Source: Leidyana gryllorum EB-2025a
Taxonomy: Eukaryota > Protista > Apicomplexa
DNA: 64,000 nt
Assembly: GCA_048772705.1 (NCBI GenBank)
Contig: JBLWGC010000036.1
Span: 124,001 to 188,000, forward strand
Direction: 5' to 3'
This document shows, piece after piece, positions 46,816 to 58,553 of the stretch. Numbering within the stretch: the stretch's first letter is position 1; the number at the start of each line of letters is the position of its first letter. The notes beneath the pieces are model-generated. The model was given only the letters and a program-made list of their open reading frames with translations, searched no databases and had not been told where the DNA came from. The position numbers were made by a program, and so were the translations under genes.

Positions 46816-49206
46816 ATGAGGAAGGCAGGTCTGGTGTTGATCGTTTCCGGCTGGCTGTATAGAACAGAAGCTCACACCGTTAAAGAAGCTCCGGCGTGGT
46901 CGAAGAAGGTCATTGACTCGTTGAACGAATTCGTGGATCCTCTCTTCCGCCTGCTGTCATCGACGAGGGATCTGGATGCTTCATTGATACCACCACTCGG
47001 GAATACTGGGAAATTGCATTCTACCTCCAATGTCAAGCGTCTCCGCATCCCCAGTTTCATTCTCTCTGTTTCTGACAAGGGCGTTGATGATCCCGTTTGG
47101 CAAATTCACGATGACGAGAGTGATGCAGCACCTTCGCCAACGCGCTCAGTCAGAAGGCCTGATGGCCCCGTCGAACAGGAGAGAAGTCGATATGTTCGGG
47201 ATATAGGGGGGCTACAAGGATTTGGCAACAATCCAGAGGGGACAGCCAGCTACACGGGACTTGATCCAACCCAAGAGAGGTCCAATGATCTGTCAGACAC
47301 CGCAGGAATGCGCTCATCAGCCACACAGGATCGTTGGTACTTCAATGACGGCTTCCGAGACTGGACACCAGCTCCAGGACTTCTCGACAGTATGTCTGAG
47401 GGCGACGAAGACACTCAGACATGGGAGTCAACGTCTCCCAACCAACCGAACGACGGGCCTACGGCGTCCACAACTCACCCCCCGGTCACAGGGGGAGGGA
47501 TCGGCTCAACACAATCGTCGCCCTCGTTGTCTCCTGGTGGAACGTCTCCACCGAGAAAAGGTCCATGGTATTACAACGATGGATACAGAGACTGGACACC
47601 AGCGCCGGGCCTTCTCGATGACATCAATGAGATCGAAGAACAAGTTAAACCCCCGTCGGCCCCGATGAAGAGACCGTGGTACTACAACGATGGATACAGA
47701 GACTGGACGCCTGCCCCAGGGCTTCTTGATTTCACCGATGATGATGACTCCCAAACGAGCACCAAACCCACAGACGCATCGGCTGGTGACAGAGCTCCCA
47801 AACCTCTCACACCTTCACCAAAACGATGGTACTTCAATGACGGTGAAAGAGATCTCACCCCAGCGCCCGGCTTCATGGACCAGACATACCCGAGTGACAG
47901 CGCTTCAGAATCGGACGATGACGAATCTTTAGTGGACGAAGAGGAGCAAGAAGAAGACCGCAATGCTCCAAAAGTCCCCTCTTGGCGTGATTACTGGGGA
48001 GATTTGGAAGTACCACACTTTCCCAGTGATGACGAGTCTGAGGGAAGCTACGATGATTGGGACTATTCAACTGAAGAGGAAGATCGTGCCGGAGATGAGA
48101 CACTGACGAAACCCTCCATTCCCAGCCAGTCCTCCACATCCCCTCCCGCCATCACCACAACGAAGAGCACTTCAACAACATCAACGAGTACCGCTCCGTC
48201 AACTACAAGTGTATCTACAACACCGCTTGCCTCGACCGCAACAACCTCAACATCAACTTTGAAACCTTCGACCACCACAACTCTCTCAACGACAACCTCC
48301 ACAACGTCAACAACAACTCTGACCACGAAACTGTCGACAACTACGTCTACCAGTACCACGACACCTGCAGAAAGCACAACAACTGCAGGAACTGCATCTG
48401 TGAAGCCGGAAGGTCATGAACAGTGGTTACCTGAGACCCCGAGTCCTCCACGTGGAAGAAGAGGGCCCCCATCTCAAGCTGGACGCTTTCAAACACGAGG
48501 TCCACGCCTCCGCAATCGGCGGTCCACCACCACGACTACTACCACACTGCCACCTACAACGAGCCCCACCAGTACCAAAACGCAGATGGAAGAACAGGTG
48601 ATACCCGAGTCAAAGTGGCGGTGGCCACTTGAAGGACCGTCGTACGGATGGCTGCCGTTTCCGAGTGCTCCAAAGGAAACGGAGGACCGCGTCAGGGACC
48701 AGTATCCCGGATTTTTGGGTGGGCGTGACAACGCCGATGATGAAGAAGAGGACGTACGAATAACGCCTAGTCCTGCCGACGGAGTTGAAGATGAGGAGGT
48801 GGGTGATTTCCAGCCCGTGCGGGAGTGGCCCGTGCAAAGTGATGATGATTGGCCTTTCCTGAAGTTTCCGTTAAAGTTCCCAGGAATGGACAGTGAACAG
48901 GACTTTTTCGTCAAGCCCCTCCCTGGGGATGAACAGATCGAGGACCGTGTCATCGTGCCTCCGGAGGAGGCGAGACGACACAAGGTGCCCAAGTTTTTGC
49001 CGAGTGCACCCGTGATCGATAAGCTGAGCAAGCATTTCAGTCCGATCTTGCAATGGGAGCGAAGAGGAGAGACTTCAGTGTCCTCGTTCTTCAGTTTCCA
49101 CGGCATGTTAAAATGGGTTGCCCGCGTTATCGCTACCATGTATCGCTTTGTGGTTGAAGCCTTGACCACTCCGTTGATATCGCTTGTCGCCTGGATTGAA
49201 GAGTAG
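46816..49206 (+). CDS. Secreted/surface mucin-like protein with four WY-NDG-RD-TPAPG repeats and Thr-rich tracts
   Basis: Signal-like MRKAGLVLIVSGWLYRTEA, poly-Thr region at about 48130-48580, hydrophobic C-terminus; intronless. Confidence 0.8.
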   Translation: MRKAGLVLIVSGWLYRTEAHTVKEAPAWSKKVIDSLNEFVDPLFRLLSSTRDLDASLIPPLGNTGKLHSTSNVKRLRIPSFILSVSDKGVDDPVWQIHDDESDAAPSPTRSVRRPDGPVEQERSRYVRDIGGLQGFGNNPEGTASYTGLDPTQERSNDLSDTAGMRSSATQDRWYFNDGFRDWTPAPGLLDSMSEGDEDTQTWESTSPNQPNDGPTASTTHPPVTGGGIGSTQSSPSLSPGGTSPPRKGPWYYNDGYRDWTPAPGLLDDINEIEEQVKPPSAPMKRPWYYNDGYRDWTPAPGLLDFTDDDDSQTSTKPTDASAGDRAPKPLTPSPKRWYFNDGERDLTPAPGFMDQTYPSDSASESDDDESLVDEEEQEEDRNAPKVPSWRDYWGDLEVPHFPSDDESEGSYDDWDYSTEEEDRAGDETLTKPSIPSQSSTSPPAITTTKSTSTTSTSTAPSTTSVSTTPLASTATTSTSTLKPSTTTTLSTTTSTTSTTTLTTKLSTTTSTSTTTPAESTTTAGTASVKPEGHEQWLPETPSPPRGRRGPPSQAGRFQTRGPRLRNRRSTTTTTTTLPPTTSPTSTKTQMEEQVIPESKWRWPLEGPSYGWLPFPSAPKETEDRVRDQYPGFLGGRDNADDEEEDVRITPSPADGVEDEEVGDFQPVREWPVQSDDDWPFLKFPLKFPGMDSEQDFFVKPLPGDEQIEDRVIVPPEEARRHKVPKFLPSAPVIDKLSKHFSPILQWERRGETSVSSFFSFHGMLKWVARVIATMYRFVVEALTTPLISLVAWIEE

Positions 49207-49317
49207 GGCTGTGTGAAACATGTGGCGTGAGCCCGAGCGTGAGTCTCAAGAAGGCGACGCCTTTTTTGGTGTTAGCTGTAGTGAAAGGACAGAAAACTGC
49301 GATCTCCTTCCACGGAA

Positions 49318-50433
49318 CATGTCGCTTCTACTTACTAGTCCCAGTCACCACTCAATCCCCTCTCTTGATGACCTAATGTGTCTGCTTCAAACTCGAATTG
49401 ACAGTGCTACCGAACAGCACACACGTCGAAAGCGAAGTCAGTCTTTCTCTTTGCCTGCCCCCTTGCATCCACCTATCTGCCCTTGCAGACACTGGACGTA
49501 CTGCGGTGTGCGCACCCAAGGAGGTAGAGAAACTTCGGCAGCACATCGTGAAGCTCAAGGAATTGAAGGAGACCCAAGACTTAACGCCAGTAAGGCCGGT
49601 CGGCAAGTGGGCATCCCGCAACACCGTGTTGACCAGATCAAATTGATGACGGTTGCACAAATGCTGCAGGATAGTAGTCGAGCAGTCCCGGGTTTAGATG
49701 TTTATTCAAGTGAGTTGGTCAGTGCCCCATGACGCGATCTGCCTGCCAGAAGTAACTCCCGAAGACATAATTTACACGAAGCTGCGAGAGCAGCAGACGG
49801 CTTTGGACTTCTCCCAGTATGCTTCTGACACCCAGCGAGCTCTTCGCAGCCCGGAATGGGCTGCTTATGTTGCACATCGTATTGGTGAGTCGTGGCCTGT
49901 GCCATGTTGAAGAGCACCTTTGCGTTCAGCTGAAGCTCTGTCGCTTGTGAAGAAAGGTGGAGCTCAGCTGCCTGGTCCAGAAGTCAGGGCAATGTGGAGC
50001 AAACCTCCATACAAGCCTCAAGATGTATTGTCTGAGACAATCAAGCTGCCAAGTGCCTATCCCACTGAACCGCTCGCCCATTTTGAGGATCCCAACTATT
50101 TCTCATTGCTGAGCATTGATACACTCATGTTCATATTTTACTATCAGAGCGTAAGCTGTTCAGTACAGACGGGTACGTCATGACGACTTGCTTCTGTTGC
50201 AGGGAACAAGGGCTCAGTACTTAGCTGCACGTGAAATGAAGCGAAGACAGTGGAGATTCCACACTCGGCATAAGGCTTGGTTCCATCGTCACGCTCCTCC
50301 GGTCATGACTTCAGATAAATCCGAACAAGGTGATTTTCTCTACTTTGACCACGAGGAGGGATGGTGCACGAGGATCAAATCTGACTTTGTCTTCGACTAT
50401 GCCTGTCTAGAGAACGAAATTCCTATGGAGTAG
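49318..50433 (+). CDS. CCR4-NOT subunit NOT3/NOT5-like (NOT box), multi-exon
   Basis: PSAYP, DTLMFIFYY, GTRAQYLAAREMKRRQWRFH, YFDHEEGW..RIKSDFVFDY..LE. Start could instead be 49220. Confidence 0.88.
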
Positions 50434-50613
50434 CAAGCAAGCACCAATTCAGATACAATGCTGACCAACCGGCAAATGCCGTCTCGCATGCTATCAGAAT
50501 CATTTAATTCATGTCGTCTGAACAGATGAACTTTGTCCGTGAAGATATGCGGTCGCTGTTATTACTTGGAGGGTAAACAAAGAAAGTAGGGTTGAAGGGG
50601 TAACAAAAAATCT

Positions 50614-52176
50614 CTAAACGTTGTAGGCACCGAGTTCTCGGTCTTCGTTTGAAGGGACTTTAGAAGGAGACCCTGGAACCTTTTCAAATTGGCTTCCTGT
50701 TTCCGACTCCTCAAATAGCATCTCATGTTCGTCATTGTTCATGCCCAATACCTTCTTCATCTTTTCGACCAGTACCCAAACCAACCCGAATGAAACACAA
50801 GAACCAATGGTGTGCATCATCCATTGAGCCCAGTAGGGAACGGCATGGCCAAAGTCAAGCGCCCATGGCAGACCCATACCCAGGCTGTTCAGGGCACGAA
50901 GCCATCCGGAATAGCGACTAGCGCTCGACATATCCAGAGGCAAGCAACCAATAACCCAGTTAGCTGTGAGGAGAAGCAGATTATATTCAAGAAAGCAGCG
51001 AATGAGTCGACGACTTACAGTGGTTGAAGTTGATGGTCTCGATACCGCCATAGAAAAAGAAGGCGATAGTCAATATCCAGGACTTGCCGACGGTGAAGTC
51101 AGCACCAGTCAAGTCTCCCAACCCGAACCAGTTGAAGACTCTGAAGCACACACAGATGGTGGCTGCAAGATAAATGAACAGATTCAGACCGAATCCGCTG
51201 TAGGCTTTGCGCGCGAACGATCCTGGCTGGCACACCACGAATTTATATACCAGCGCCCAAACCACTCGTCCGACGTAGTACACCAAAGCATTGAAGCAGC
51301 GACCTCTAATGTCGAATCCCTCCATGTTGATCCAGTTGTATAGCCACACTTCGTGCCACATCTGTACAAAAGCGTAGAGAGCAATAAGCCACAGGTACCT
51401 GAAAAGAGTGGAAACAGAAGTGATGATCAGATCCAACCGATTTTCGAACTTACGAATCTGTCAGACCGCCCTTCAGACCTCTCATCTCGTCTTTAAATGT
51501 TACCTCGACCACTTCGACTTTGGTACCGTCGCTACGTTCGACTTTAGCGGCGGGGCGCAAAAAGAAGCAGAGGAGAACGGGGACGAAAGGAATGAGAGTC
51601 AGTATCATGTGGGACGCTTGCGAAAGTTCTGCGTCTTCGTCAGCGGGCTTCCAGTTGAAAGCCAGAGCCATGATCGCACCGCCGAGACCTCCAATGTTCA
51701 ACATAATTGAGTTCATTGTGATAAAGGAGGGTCTCTCTTTGTCTGTGGCGTAGAGCATCAACGCCGCGCCGGCAGCTGAGAAGAATACGGGCAAAGCAGC
51801 GGAACCAATAACAGCGATCAGTGCCACTGCCCAGTACGGAATCCAACCCAAGAACCAGTACATATGGGTAGCGAATAGCATGGCAGCCGTGCCTAGGAGC
51901 CCAACGAAACATCCCAATGGTACCCCGAGCAAATTCAAGGCAGAGCCAGAGAAAAGCCCGAATACGGTACTGGATAGAGCGGAGATAAGATTGAGGGTGT
52001 GCCCGAGCTCCTCAGACGCTGTTCCGAAACTTCCTGTCAAAAGGGAGGACCCAAAATAATGGACTCCGCTTCCTTCACTCACCCAGCGTGTTAAGTGCAT
52101 TCCACATGCCCGTGGACCCGAGATGGCACAGAGAGAAGACCAGGTTTTGGGTCCAACCACTCTGAAGCGCCCTCAT
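50614..52176 (-). CDS. UNC-93-like MFS transporter, multi-exon
   Basis: GMWNALNTLG N-terminal motif, AALMLYATDKER, NIGGLGGAI and many transmembrane segments. Confidence 0.8.
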
Positions 52177-52449
52177 TGCAGGGAGTGGTGATGCAACTCA
52201 AATTTTGACAAAAAGAGAATGGCAAAATGTCCGCTTTGCCACTCGGTGACGATGACCTCATTTTGCTACTCCACCGAATACATCGTAATGGAGCGCCAAC
52301 GGCCCTCTTCGGCAGATAACAGTAGTCAGAGACCACATTAGGCATAAACAGAACATAAAGTCGTGCATAAAGCACTCCCGTCTTGGTCCCTCGCCATACA
52401 TGAGGACAATGGTCAGAACGTTCGATTTGTCTTCCGAGCCTCAGCGACG

Positions 52450-53444
52450 CTGAGCCCTCGGCTCGGTGACACTATGAGTCGTTGACCTCCGGCATACCAT
52501 TGCCGATGTCAGTGAGAAGTCAGAAGGTCTTCCTTCAAACACTTGACCGGATGGAAGAGTAATTGTTGTCCATCAAGTTCGAGCGCGGAATATTTGATCA
52601 AGAAATCGTCCTGAAGAGCTGTCCCCCGGAAAAGGCTGCCCCGCGAAGAGACTGCACAGTCCGCGAAGAATGGGGGGCCCCGGATTACGTGACGGCAAGC
52701 CACTCTGTTATCGATCGCAACGTGAATATGAGTTAGAAAGCACTGAAAGTTGTCAGCGAGGCAAGTTTACAGAACGTTAAGAAGCCCTCCACACAACAGG
52801 TATCACAGAGGGTCAGCTTCTTCTCAAAACCAGTCGAATGTTGGCTCGCGCTGACCAACCAACCAACCGAACACAGATCTCAATGGTCAGTCAGATGCCC
52901 GCTTCCCTGGTGTCGGGATGCACTATTGGGATGCGCCTGGATGCTTCAGTTGTTCCACCAGTTCTTGTGCTATCAAAGTCGCCAAATCCTGATGGCTCAA
53001 GTCTTGCAGGGAGTCCAAAATGTCCACCACGCGCTGGTCTATCATCTCCAAATCTTCATCATCTGAAGTCTGAGAGGGGTATTCTGGAACCGTGTGGTGA
53101 TGAGCCGATGGTATTGACGACGTTGCGTCCACAATGCCCTCTTGATACTCCTGACGCCAAATAATATCCACAGGGCTCACTGCGGAGGACGATGTCCATG
53201 AGGGTCTCTGCCACATCTCGTTCTCATTCATCTCAACCCATGGTTTGTCCTCCCAGACCGCCTCCCTCTGTAGCGGTGGTGCTGGAGGATATGTATACGA
53301 TCCCGTGTACGATAGCCGCCGGTCTTCCGGGATGAGAGGTGAATTGTGAGCCACACGAGTCCACAGAGTCCTGGAGACGTCATTAGTCGACGAGAATAAA
53401 ACTCACGGTGAGAAAAGAGCAAAAGGGTGTCTGCGGGGATGCAT
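52450..53444 (-). CDS. Hypothetical protein, multi-exon
   Basis: ATG at 53444 and a GTGAGT..CCAG intron lead into ORF 52923-53354. Downstream exons and the stop codon are uncertain. Confidence 0.4.
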
Positions 53445-53491
53445 TGCGAGCCCGGCTCATCAGTGTGTCAGCGAGCATGCATCCGATCAGC

Positions 53492-54183
53492 TCAAGTCAA
53501 TTCTTGACAGATCGCTTCGAACCACGTCGGAGGCATCGCACCACAGATTTCTTCAAGAATGTATATCCCGAGGTTCTCTCCGAGCAACTCTATTGCATCT
53601 GCAGCGACCTCAACGGGGTGTGCTCCCGATATAAGATCCATGTTCAGATCGGGGTATGCCTCATATGCCAACTGCGATAGCACTACCACAGAACAAACAG
53701 TGTGGGACGTACATCATAGACTACATCAACCATCTGAAATACCGCCTCCTGTAACCGAAAAGGCAATGTATCCAGAAAGTGTCGTCTGAATGCCTTCCGG
53801 GTCATGCTGGACCGAAGCCGCGACGCGATAGGTGCGTGCTTCATTTCACGAGGATGTAATGCCGCGTCGTTCTTAATTTGATGTACAACAAATAGTGAGT
53901 GGTCGTATAGTAACAGCATTGTTCGAAAAATACGTTCAGAACGAGCAAGCATCTCATTGGTGACCAGTTGACACATTTCAGGCGTCAAACCTATCACACA
54001 ACGCTCAGCGAGCTGATCGGGCCGTTCGTATAGGTCGCGCGCGAAAGGCGCCATTGGGCTTTTGGGGACTGCTAAACGCAGACTATGCGTCAGAGCTGCT
54101 TTGAGCTCTGCAAGTGACTCGAAGGCCGGTGCACAGACTGCCAACACAACAATAATCAAACCGCTCAATAACCTCATTGGCAT
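53492..54183 (-). CDS. Hypothetical secreted helical protein (2 exons)
   Basis: Signal peptide MRLLSGLIIVVLAVCAPA; a GTACGT..GCAG intron joins the two ORFs in frame. Confidence 0.6.
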
Positions 54184-54222
54184 GACCGGCAGAGATTGAC
54201 CAGACTTTGGGACGCCACCAAA

Positions 54223-55525
54223 TCACACCTTCTCCGTCGATGTCGGTTCCTCTGCTCCCTCAGTCATCAAAGCTTGCACTTCCTCGTTGGTTAGCGGGCG
54301 CTCGGTGGTGTTGCCCTCTCCCGTCTTGAATTCGAGACCCCTGTCTTTTCGTAGATCTAAAAAGAGGGAGAAGACGCGCACTGTGGTCTCGGAAGGTGCC
54401 AATGCAACTCACCTATCGGAAGCAGCCACAGGAGAGGATGCCCCATAATCAGCCTCACGTTATTGTACCATCCTCGACTCCATCGAACGGTCGGATTGTC
54501 TGACATTCGGATGTTCTTCTCGCAAAATTCGATTGTGGTTATGTTGGAAACCAGTAACCTGAGAGACCAATAGACGTCTGAGGGTCACGCCCGCTTTCGC
54601 GCTCCACTTACACAATGAGGAACACCAGATACCCGAACACCACGAGACACAAAATACCTGCCAGCAACTCTTCGGTCACAAAGGCACAGAGTTCCGTGAC
54701 CGAAATCTGCAGATGACAAACAGATGTGAGGGAGGGCCAATAACTGACTGAAACGCACTCACCTCCTCCACCGTACTGTAGAAGAAAATTGTCTCAATCT
54801 GTGTGATGACGGCAAACAGGAGTGCCCAAAATGCGTAGAAGATGCACAGCAAGAAGTATTTATGATTGTTCCATCTGCAGCGACGCAAATCTCAAGCGTT
54901 CCCGTCAGTAACGACTGAAAGAAACTCACCCGACACAGTTGTTTACCCAGGGGCAGTGATGATCCATTCGTAAGACACACATTCGACAGCGACTGCAATG
55001 ATGCGAGCGGTCAGGTTTGAAAACCCGGCACCATTTGCACTGGCGGGGTTCGCCTGGTTCACTGCTTTTGGTCTCCTGATTGGATCAGAACACCTGAAAT
55101 TGGTCGCTTACACCACTCTCTCACCTTAAAGACTGGTAAGTTGGCCCTGAGACGGCCGTCTTTCTGGACCTCGTCAATGTTCCACTCCGGAGTCTCCGGG
55201 ACTGTACCAGGTGAAAGGATGGCGCAGGTGGCCAGACATCCCAAGTACAGAGCTGTGAGGATGTGGAAGACAATGAACTCCCACCGCCATCTGTGGGCAC
55301 CAAGTTCTAAAAAGTCTCAATTCTCTTTCTCCCTCACCGTCGTTGAGTGCTGGCGTCGTCCACACGGTGGAGGCGATTTAGGTGAAACTGAAGGGGAGTC
55401 ATATGTCACCCTTTCCCGCTCACCAATTCATATCCAATGACAATATATCCACTTAGTATGAGCACCACTAGGAAAGGTAGGCAGTTAAGTATAGCCACCC
55501 ATAAAGGTGGGCGTTTTATAGCCAT
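54223..55525 (-). CDS. DHHC palmitoyl-acyltransferase, multi-exon
   Basis: Spliced [46 protein letters not shown] motif, TTIE and TM helices. Confidence 0.93.
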
Positions 55526-55586
55526 TGGAGGTCAATTGTGATGCATGTCAACCGGAAATGGCAAAAGGGTGCACGCGACTTGTACA

Positions 55587-56878
55587 TTATGTCACAATTG
55601 GCTTCTTGATGTGCCACTGATCAAACTCCAACGGAATGGTAGAGATCTTTTCAACGCCTTGCAGATCAATTTTGTTCTGAAGTCTATCCTGTAATTGCTC
55701 CAGTCGGTCGAAGATCTCTCGGGAGACTGCGAACCGGCCATAGTCCTTCTTCGCACGGGTCTCTCGCTCCTTCTCAAACATGGCAGCCAAACTGTCGACG
55801 CGAGGCAAGAGAAAAACGAGTATCCGAGACGAGACTGTTAGTCAATCTTACCGTTGACTCGCTTGGAAGAGACTGTTGTACTCTTTCCCGACAACTTCTT
55901 GTGCGTGCGCTGTCTCGCGAGGCCGGTATAAGACCGAAATACCGGATTTTGTCGTCGGGAGGATCGCCTTGTGTGACAATACCCCTATTGGCAACGATGA
56001 GGAGGAGCATTGAGCGGTTTACGCTTACGACTTGGGGGAGTCACACCGTCGAGACTGATGACATAATCATCAAATTCCTCAGCTCGTTCCTCAATCGTCG
56101 GCTCTGCACCTTTGGTGGGAACCTCCTCCACAGGCTCATCCCCTCCTCGAATGTCGCGAAGTGTTTGAGCAATGTCCAGCTCAGCCTTCCAATGATACCC
56201 AGAGAGTACCGACCAGTTTAGCATCTTCTCGAGCTTATCGATGCCTTTGTCTATTAAGGAGGCATCCGAAGCGAAATCAATGGGACCAATCTTACTGAGT
56301 TCACGGCAGCAGCAGTATAGCCGATGGAGAACCAAGGCGCCCAAACTGGGAGCCTGGAATATTGTTCCCGCAGCTGTGTAATATACCTGGCGACAACTTT
56401 GTAATTGAAACATCGGAGCCCCTCTGGCACTCACACGCTCGGGAGTCTCCAGTCGATTGACCTTGCGTACTCGATTGATAACATATACACCGAAAGCGAC
56501 CGGATAATTGTGTGGTGTGTCTATCGGCACGGGCAGCGCTTTCCTCCCGGCAGCATTCACGTGGACCAAACGATACTCGAGTCCATCGGCTTCACTGTGC
56601 GAGTGGTGAATGTCGAATCGTCGTCTGGGTGGTGGTGGAGTGGCATTACCTCGATACCTCTATTCCGCGACGCCGCTTCTGATTTGTAGAGTTGGTGTTG
56701 AAGAACTTTGACAGATAGAAGTCTTGAAGAGAATGATGCGAAAGGTTTGGGGTTCCAACTTACAATCCAGCGCCCAACGCTCTTCCAAACCGGTCTCTCT
56801 CAAGAAGGTAGGGTCGCAGAAGGAGTCGTATTGCAACTCTTCATCGTTCGGCTGACCCGAAAACTGTCTATCCGTCAT
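55587..56878 (-). CDS. MED6: Mediator subunit MED6-like, multi-exon
   Basis: DPTFL..ALD.F..F.N.STNQ, VYVI and VYYTAAGTIFQAPSLGALVLHRL (Med6 YY..G.IYQAP.L..R motif). Confidence 0.75.
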
Positions 56879-56909
56879 AGTTCATGCTTTTTTGAGTTGT
56901 ACATCGAGT

Positions 56910-58249
56910 ATGACCGTCAAGCGTGCCAGAGCTGAGGAGTTGGGAGAGAGTAATGTCGAAGGTCTCCCTCGCAAGCGAACCCGCAAGCAGGCGGACGATA
57001 TTGAGGCAGACTCCAACCAGCCCACCGTTGCTCCAAAGGCAAAGGCGAAGAGAGCCGCTCCTAAAAGAGGAGTTCCAGAACCTGAGTTAACGGCTTCTGA
57101 CCTGGAGGAAGCTAAAGCATTAGCTGACACCCTGTTGGACAGTGTTCACGCGTCATGGTACGTTGACTGAGACTCCCTTTGCCAAGTTGTTACCCACATA
57201 GGCGGGATCTGCTTGAGAGTATTTTGAAGGGTGAAGAAGGCTGCAAGGTGCTTCATCGGTTCCGCGTGGCGGCCAAGGGGAAGAAGGTGTTCCCACCTCC
57301 AAATTTGATCTTGCGAGCCTTCGCGTTGACCAGGTACGTAATCAATCTCGTTTGCTCAGCGGCGATCACAATGGCGACAGTTTCGAGGACACCAAGGCTG
57401 TTATTCTGGGACAGGATCCGTATCATCGGGAAGGCCAAGCCATGGGACTGGCCTTCTCTGTCCCCAAAGGTGTAACGGTCCCCCCAAGCCTCCGCAAGAT
57501 TTATGAGGAAATTGGCATCAAAGATCACAAAGTTGGTGACTTGACAACCTGGGCATCGCAGGGTGTCCTGCTACTGAATCCAGTGTAAGTTGCCATTACA
57601 CGTGACTTGTCCTTATGCTTCATCGGTCTCCAGTTTGACGGTGGAAGCTGGCAAACCAAATTCACATGAGAAGGTGGGCTGGAAAGCCATCACTGATGCA
57701 GTTTTGCAACGACTGTCTGAGAGTCACCCTCAAAAGTTGGTCTTCATGCTCTGGGGCCAAAAGGCGCAAGCCAAAGCACCCCTCCTCGATGAATCCCGTC
57801 ATCTCGTCTTGAAAGCGGCTCATCCCTCACCCCTGGCTACAAAAGGTGGTTTCGTGGGATGTGGACACTTCAAACGATGCAACGAGCACCTCATTAGCAA
57901 TGGACAGCAGCCAATTCATTGGGAGTCTCTCCTGGGCTCCCCCGCCCCAGCAGCTGCTCCTGCTGCAGATGCTCCGGCAGAGGAAGATTCGAACAAAGAG
58001 GTTGTGACCGAACTTTCCCGAGCCGCTACGCTGGGCGAGGACGTCGAGGAAATCACGGCTGGCGATGCTCCGATCTCCGAGCTCCAGACCGAACCCGCCG
58101 TATCACCACTCCCTCATCTCGACACCGATGAGAAAGAGGCAATGACCGAACCAGCCCTCCCCAACTACGAAGATGACCAAGTTGACACAGAACCTACCGA
58201 CACTGATCTCCACACTTCCCCTGTCTTTACTAACACACAAATTGTTTGA
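56910..58249 (+). CDS. UNG: Uracil-DNA glycosylase family 1, multi-exon
   Basis: [40 protein letters not shown]. Confidence 0.96.
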
Positions 58250-58443
58250 CCTGCTGTAGACCGATTGGACATTGACAGAAAACAAATCAATCAACCAAAC
58301 CAAACCACTCACTACCGATAACGACAAATGAAACCACACCAGTGCGAGCACCATACTACCATTGAACGCGAGAGTAGACTATGTATGGAGGGCAGAGCTT
58401 TTGGGATGCAGCCAACTCTTTAGGGACAACGCACACACACAGA

Positions 58444-58460
58444 GGGAGACGGCGTCTCCC
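58444..58460. promoter_or_regulatory. Perfect inverted repeat GGGAGACG-G-CGTCTCCC upstream of vWA gene 1
   Basis: Seen directly, preceded by (CA)n. The GAGACG core resembles the Toxoplasma WGAGACG promoter element. A regulatory role is inferred. Confidence 0.5.
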
Positions 58461-58553
58461 GACGATCTCATTTGATCGCTCAACATCAAACACATTCACT
58501 TCACTTTCTCATCTGGGTTCGATCTTCACTTCCATTTGAAAGCTTACGGCGCG

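Noticed and set aside
47335-47880. Spaced DNA repeats superficially like a CRISPR array
   Set aside because: They are in-frame coding repeats with synonymous divergence and irregular spacing, in a eukaryotic context with no cas genes.
52434-52466. GC-rich hairpin CCGAGC-CTCAGCG/CGCTGAG-GCTCGG
   Set aside because: It may lie in the terminal exon of the upstream hypothetical gene, has no second copy and lacks supporting context.
366-57588. Apparent frameshifts, pseudogenes or stop readthrough in many conserved genes
   Set aside because: The breaks I checked are explained by short GT-AG introns that restore the frame; there is no need for recoding or a variant genetic code.
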